This document shows positions 59,455 through 64,000 of a DNA stretch of 64,000 bases, one piece after another. Each line of letters opens with the position of its first letter. The first letter of the stretch is position 1. Under the pieces are notes generated by a model that saw only the letters and a program-made list of their open reading frames with translations, ran no database searches and was not told the DNA's origin. A program made the position numbers and the translations under genes. The stretch spans positions 64,505 through 128,504 of the forward strand of contig DATMBF010000020.1 in assembly GCA_035559595.1 (NCBI GenBank). The letters are read 5' to 3'. This stretch comes from Bacteroidota bacterium. Lineage in GTDB: Bacteria; Bacteroidota; Ignavibacteria; UBA10030.

Positions 59455-59472
59455 GCTGTGTTCAAGTGAGGA

Positions 59473-60780
59473 TTACGATACAGCTTGTTTTGCTTGAAAG
59501 TACTTCAACCCCTTCTTTCCAATATCGCGCCGGTAATGGACACCTTCAAACGAAATCTTTTCCACCGCCTCATAGGCCTTAGAGATTGTCCGCTTGAGGT
59601 TGCCATCCGATCCGACCGCTGTGACGCCAAGAACCCGCCCGCCCGAGGTCACGACCTTCGAACCTTCTCGTTTCGTGCCTGCATGAAACACAATGACCTC
59701 GCTACTCTCCTGCAGCAGCTCAAGTCCGTGGATCTCTTTTCCAATCTCATAATCACCAGGATAACCGCCCGACGCCATGACAACGCATACCGCCGGGCCG
59801 AGCCGTTGCTTGATCGTGGTAGTTGAAAGTGAGCCTGCGGCGATCTCAGCAAAGAGCATCGCGAGATCTTCATCAATGAGCGGCAGAAGAACTTGTGCTT
59901 CGGGATCGCCAAATCGACAGTTATACTCAAGGACTTTTGGTCCGCGCTGGGTCATCATCAATCCGACAAAGAGGCATCCCTCGTAGGGCGTTCCTTCGTT
60001 TCGCATCCCCTCGATCGTCGGCTCGACAATCTCCGCGATGATCCTCTCACGCATCCGCTCCGTAATGATTGGCGCGGGAGCATACGCACCCATTCCTCCT
60101 GTGTTCTTCCCCCGGTCACCATCCGATGCTCTTTTGTGGTCTTGTGCAGCAGAGAGGGGTGCGATGCTCTTTCCATCTGTCAAGATGAAGAACGACGCCT
60201 CCTCACCTTCAAGGTACTCTTCGATGACGATTCGTTCTCCCGCTACACCGAATGATTTCGTTTCGAAAATTTCATGGCAGACGTCTATCGCGTCCTTTGC
60301 CGAATCGCAAATCACCACACCTTTGCCGGCTGCGAGTCCATCAACCTTGACTACAGGCTTTGCGGGGAGCCGATGGACAAATTCCTGCAACTCCTTGAGC
60401 TGGCCCTGTGTGAACGTGCCAGACTGAGCTGTCGGAATTCCATGCCGGTGCATAAAGCTCTTCGCGAACGCTTTACTCCCCTCGAGGCGAGCCGCCGCTC
60501 GCGTAGGCCCAAAAATCCTGAGTCTGTGCTCACGAAACAAATCCACAATGCCGTCAACGAGAGGCTGCTCGGGACCCACGACGGTTAACCGGATGTCGTT
60601 CTTCTGTGCAAATTCGAGAAGCGCATGGGCATCACTGCTTTTGATGTCAACAAGTTCCGCCGTTTCACCGATGCCGGCGTTTCCGGGAGCGCAGTAGATT
60701 GTCTCAACTAACGGACTCTGTTTCAGCTTCCACACCAATGCATGCTCACGGCCGCCAGAGCCAACGACAAGAAGGTTCAC
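59473..60780 (-). CDS. purD: Phosphoribosylamine--glycine ligase
   Basis: The start is MNLLVVGSGGREHALVWKL. It is a full ATP-grasp PurD of 435 aa. Confidence 0.95.
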   Translation of the reverse strand: MNLLVVGSGGREHALVWKLKQSPLVETIYCAPGNAGIGETAELVDIKSSDAHALLEFAQKNDIRLTVVGPEQPLVDGIVDLFREHRLRIFGPTRAAARLEGSKAFAKSFMHRHGIPTAQSGTFTQGQLKELQEFVHRLPAKPVVKVDGLAAGKGVVICDSAKDAIDVCHEIFETKSFGVAGERIVIEEYLEGEEASFFILTDGKSIAPLSAAQDHKRASDGDRGKNTGGMGAYAPAPIITERMRERIIAEIVEPTIEGMRNEGTPYEGCLFVGLMMTQRGPKVLEYNCRFGDPEAQVLLPLIDEDLAMLFAEIAAGSLSTTTIKQRLGPAVCVVMASGGYPGDYEIGKEIHGLELLQESSEVIVFHAGTKREGSKVVTSGGRVLGVTAVGSDGNLKRTISKAYEAVEKISFEGVHYRRDIGKKGLKYFQAKQAVS

Positions 60781-62099
60781 GCCGTCGCCTCCTGCAATCG
60801 GGTAAACGCGTGTTTATCGATGTCCATAAGTGATTCGAATTGCTTTGCCAACTCACCGGCCAATTGCACTCGATTGAAACGCTCTGCAAACTCTTGAGGG
60901 ATTTGACCCAATTTCTTGTTTTCGAAATCCTGAAACAATTTCTTCAGAGCTTCTTCATGGGCGGCCACATCGTTTGGCGGAACGCACGTTGCCGCGCCAC
61001 TCTCCAGAATGAGCTGTTTTATGTATCCGTCGACAACAGAGGCAAGGAGAGGCTTGCGCGCTCCAAAATACTCGTACAGCTTCCCCGGTGTTTGATAGTC
61101 ATTGTCGAGAATGAACCATGTCACATCGGCTTGCAAGAGCTTCTTCACGCTTTCACGATGCTCGAGGTACCCGTGGAAGGTGACGTCGTTCTGCAATCCG
61201 AGCTTCGCAACGAGATCCTGATCCTCGCGCCTTGTGTTTCCGACGAACGCAACTTCTATTCTTCCACGAATCGTCGTGGATGCCGAGAAGAGATTATAGA
61301 GAGCGCGAAGGAGCGTAGAGGGATTACGACCGCCATAGAAGGTTCCACAGTGAACAACACGCATCTTCCGATGCGGCAAATCTCTTAGTGTCGGCTGGTC
61401 GAAGTCTTCTGGATCGTACCCCTGCGAAATGATAACAACGTCATGATAACTCAACGACGTTTTCTTCTTGAGAATGGTTTCTTTGACCCGACGATGAGTC
61501 ACGATGACGCGATCACAGGCCTTCAACACTTTCATTTCCAGTCGTTTATGAAGGTACCGATGGAGCGGTGTTGGGAAATACTTAAACGGGTTTTCCAACC
61601 ATGCATCACGATAGTCGAGAACTAACGGGAGCTGAGATTGTTTCTTGAGAGAAAGACCAATGAGGAAATCCGTTTGAGGAGGAGCAGTAGCAAATATCAG
61701 ATCGAATTGGTCTCGTTGCAGTATCTGCATCCCGTTTTTCAATGCTTTTGATTTCCATCCGATCTTCGTGTCTGGGATGAAAAACATATCACCAAGGAAT
61801 TGCAGAACCTTACGCACAGGATCGGAAGGCATCTTCACAACTCCCTTCTGCTTGAAGAGTCGATTGACGTCCAGAGAGCTCGTCCGAACAACCTCGAGCC
61901 CCAGCTCTTCCACCTCGCGAAGCAGCGATTCGTCAATTGCGTAATAGCCGGTGGGGGCAACGGTGAGGATTGTCGGTTTCCAACCATACTTCGGCAGATA
62001 TTTGGCAAACTTCAAGGTACGCTGAACGCCGCTCAGCCCCATCGGTGGGAAATAATATGCGATCATCAGCACTTTGCGTGGCGCGTGTGTCTGCGTCAT
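60777..62099 (-). CDS. Glycosyltransferase family 4-like (GT-B)
   Basis: It has an N-terminal GT4-like region (KVLMIAYYFPPMGLSGVQR) and a C-terminal GT-B half. The likely start is the Met at 62099, giving a 4-nt overlap with pepP, whereas the ORF-track start at 62141 lies inside pepP. Confidence 0.7.
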   Translation of the reverse strand: MTQTHAPRKVLMIAYYFPPMGLSGVQRTLKFAKYLPKYGWKPTILTVAPTGYYAIDESLLREVEELGLEVVRTSSLDVNRLFKQKGVVKMPSDPVRKVLQFLGDMFFIPDTKIGWKSKALKNGMQILQRDQFDLIFATAPPQTDFLIGLSLKKQSQLPLVLDYRDAWLENPFKYFPTPLHRYLHKRLEMKVLKACDRVIVTHRRVKETILKKKTSLSYHDVVIISQGYDPEDFDQPTLRDLPHRKMRVVHCGTFYGGRNPSTLLRALYNLFSASTTIRGRIEVAFVGNTRREDQDLVAKLGLQNDVTFHGYLEHRESVKKLLQADVTWFILDNDYQTPGKLYEYFGARKPLLASVVDGYIKQLILESGAATCVPPNDVAAHEEALKKLFQDFENKKLGQIPQEFAERFNRVQLAGELAKQFESLMDIDKHAFTRLQEATA

Positions 62100-63166
62100 A
62101 GGATAAGCAAACCTCGTGTGACTGTGGTGAGAACTTCGCATGTGCCGTTTCGAATGACGACATCATCCTCAATCCTCACTCCTCCGACCCCCGGCACATA
62201 AATCCCCGGCTCGATGGTAATGACATTACCGGCACGAAGAGTCTCTTTGCTTAAGCTTGAGACCCTCGGCATCTCGTGCACCTGGAGACCGAGTCCGTGT
62301 CCCAGCGAATGATTGAAGTACTTGCCGAACCCCTGTCGCCGGATGTGAGAGCGTGCCAGCTTGTCGAGCGCCCGGGCTTTCATTCCTGACTTTGCTGCCT
62401 GAAGAGCGAGACTCTGTGCATCGCGCACAACATCGTATATCCTCCTCACTTCATGGGAAGGTTTCCCGACACTGACCGTCCGCGTGAGATCACTGTGATA
62501 GCCTTGGTACCGGCATCCCATGTCGATCGTGACCAACTCTCCCCGTTTGATCTTTTTGCTTGTCGCTCTTGCATGTGGCAACGCCCCCCGCTCTCCACTG
62601 GCAACAATGGCTTCGAACGCATCTGCTTCTGCACCAAACTTTCTGTGTAGATAGCTGATCTCCGCAGCGACATCCAATTCTGATATTCCGTCTTTTATTG
62701 ACTCGAGGATCTTTTGGAACACGCGTCCCGTGATCTCAACAGCCCGTCGAATCGCATCAATCTCTGACTCTTCTTTCACCGAGGCAATCTCTTCGACAAA
62801 ATTGTTCGTTTCAACAAGCGAGGCGCGGGAGAGATGTTTCTTGAGCGAGCGAAATTGTCCCACCGTGAGGGCCTGAGCTTCGATACCCACTCGCTTGCGC
62901 CCTGCGAGAAACTTTCGCTTTGCGATCTCCTCAAAGAGACTCTTCGACGAAACGAGAACATTGAATCCCTTGACTTCTTCTTGAACTTGAGTACGATAGC
63001 GGCCGTCGGTAAGAAAGAATTGATCCGTTTCCGTAATAAGACAAATCCCGTTTGATCCTGAAAACCCTGTGAGATAGCGAACATGTGGAAGGAAAGTAAC
63101 AAGGAGGGCGTCGAGGCGATGGGATTTGAGTTTGGAGCGGACTGCTTGGAGCCGACGTTCCGTCAT
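62096..63166 (-). CDS. pepP: Xaa-Pro aminopeptidase (M24B family)
   Basis: It has a creatinase-like N-terminal domain and an M24 core with metal ligands (DMGCRYQGYHSD...HGLGHGLGLQVHE...IEPGIY). Confidence 0.8.
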   Translation of the reverse strand: MTERRLQAVRSKLKSHRLDALLVTFLPHVRYLTGFSGSNGICLITETDQFFLTDGRYRTQVQEEVKGFNVLVSSKSLFEEIAKRKFLAGRKRVGIEAQALTVGQFRSLKKHLSRASLVETNNFVEEIASVKEESEIDAIRRAVEITGRVFQKILESIKDGISELDVAAEISYLHRKFGAEADAFEAIVASGERGALPHARATSKKIKRGELVTIDMGCRYQGYHSDLTRTVSVGKPSHEVRRIYDVVRDAQSLALQAAKSGMKARALDKLARSHIRRQGFGKYFNHSLGHGLGLQVHEMPRVSSLSKETLRAGNVITIEPGIYVPGVGGVRIEDDVVIRNGTCEVLTTVTRGLLIL

Positions 63167-63214
63167 CGCGCTACGCCATAGGTTGTCAACCCTTCGCGGG
63201 ACATCAACGGGTCA

Positions 63215-64000
<786 letters not shown>

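Noticed and set aside
57782-59469. Plus-strand ORFs of 257 aa and 330 aa
   Set aside because: They are antisense to meaB and the SDR epimerase, both of which have canonical Walker A / Rossmann motifs on the minus strand.

Overview
This 64 kb window is a densely packed (~93% coding) chromosomal core region with roughly 55% GC, and it carries no mobile elements, CRISPR arrays, tRNA or rRNA genes. Three things suggest a Bacteroidota/Chlorobiota/Ignavibacteriota-like (FCB group) organism: a short (285 aa) primary sigma-70 factor, a grpE-dnaJ pair with no dnaK between them, and large membrane proteins resembling DUF2723 and DUF5683. This placement is an inference.

Reading left to right:
- A partial carA on the minus strand, missed by the ORF track because it runs off the window edge.
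- A 13-gene plus-strand array: hrcA-grpE-dnaJ, a ComEA-like gene, a membrane protein, a PilM-like gene, rsmD, coaD, an aminotransferase, a lipoprotein and an FmdB zinc-ribbon protein.
- A minus-strand block with an M28 peptidase, tyrA, DAHP synthase, and an LPS/Kdo cluster (lptB, lptA-like, lptC-like, kdsD, an unknown ORF, kdsC, kdsA).
- ispE, a TonB-dependent receptor-like gene and a LOG-family gene on the plus strand.
- A GT4 glycosyltransferase, a 924 aa DUF2723-like membrane protein, hemW, two tandem lepB genes and lepA.
- A sodium:solute symporter with a clean rho-independent terminator, then a TIGR01777 epimerase.
- ridA, parB, parA, fmt, def, an NlpC/P60 peptidase and rpoD.
- Two tandem EutN/CcmL-like (microcompartment vertex) genes with a small zinc-ribbon gene, then a GAF-GGDEF protein whose GGDEF active site is degenerate but whose I-site is intact.
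- An 862 aa sugar-1-phosphate nucleotidyltransferase/phosphohexomutase fusion, ptsN, hisS, lgt, a glutaredoxin-like membrane protein and rlmB.
- A long minus-strand array: a sigma-54 activator, a secreted hypothetical protein, an MccB/PccB-like carboxyltransferase, a 1029 aa spermidine-synthase-like membrane/TPR fusion, an IVD-like acyl-CoA dehydrogenase, meaB, an SDR epimerase, purD, a GT4, pepP and a partial guaB.

The most interesting items for follow-up are:
- the two tandem BMC-vertex paralogs with no shell genes, sitting directly upstream of rpoD;
- the degenerate GGDEF protein, a likely c-di-GMP receptor;
- the unassigned ORF translationally coupled between kdsC and kdsD;
- two perfect inverted repeats in intergenic regions;
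- the hrcA promoter, which has no canonical CIRCE operator.

The many long ORFs antisense to confident genes are GC-driven artefacts.
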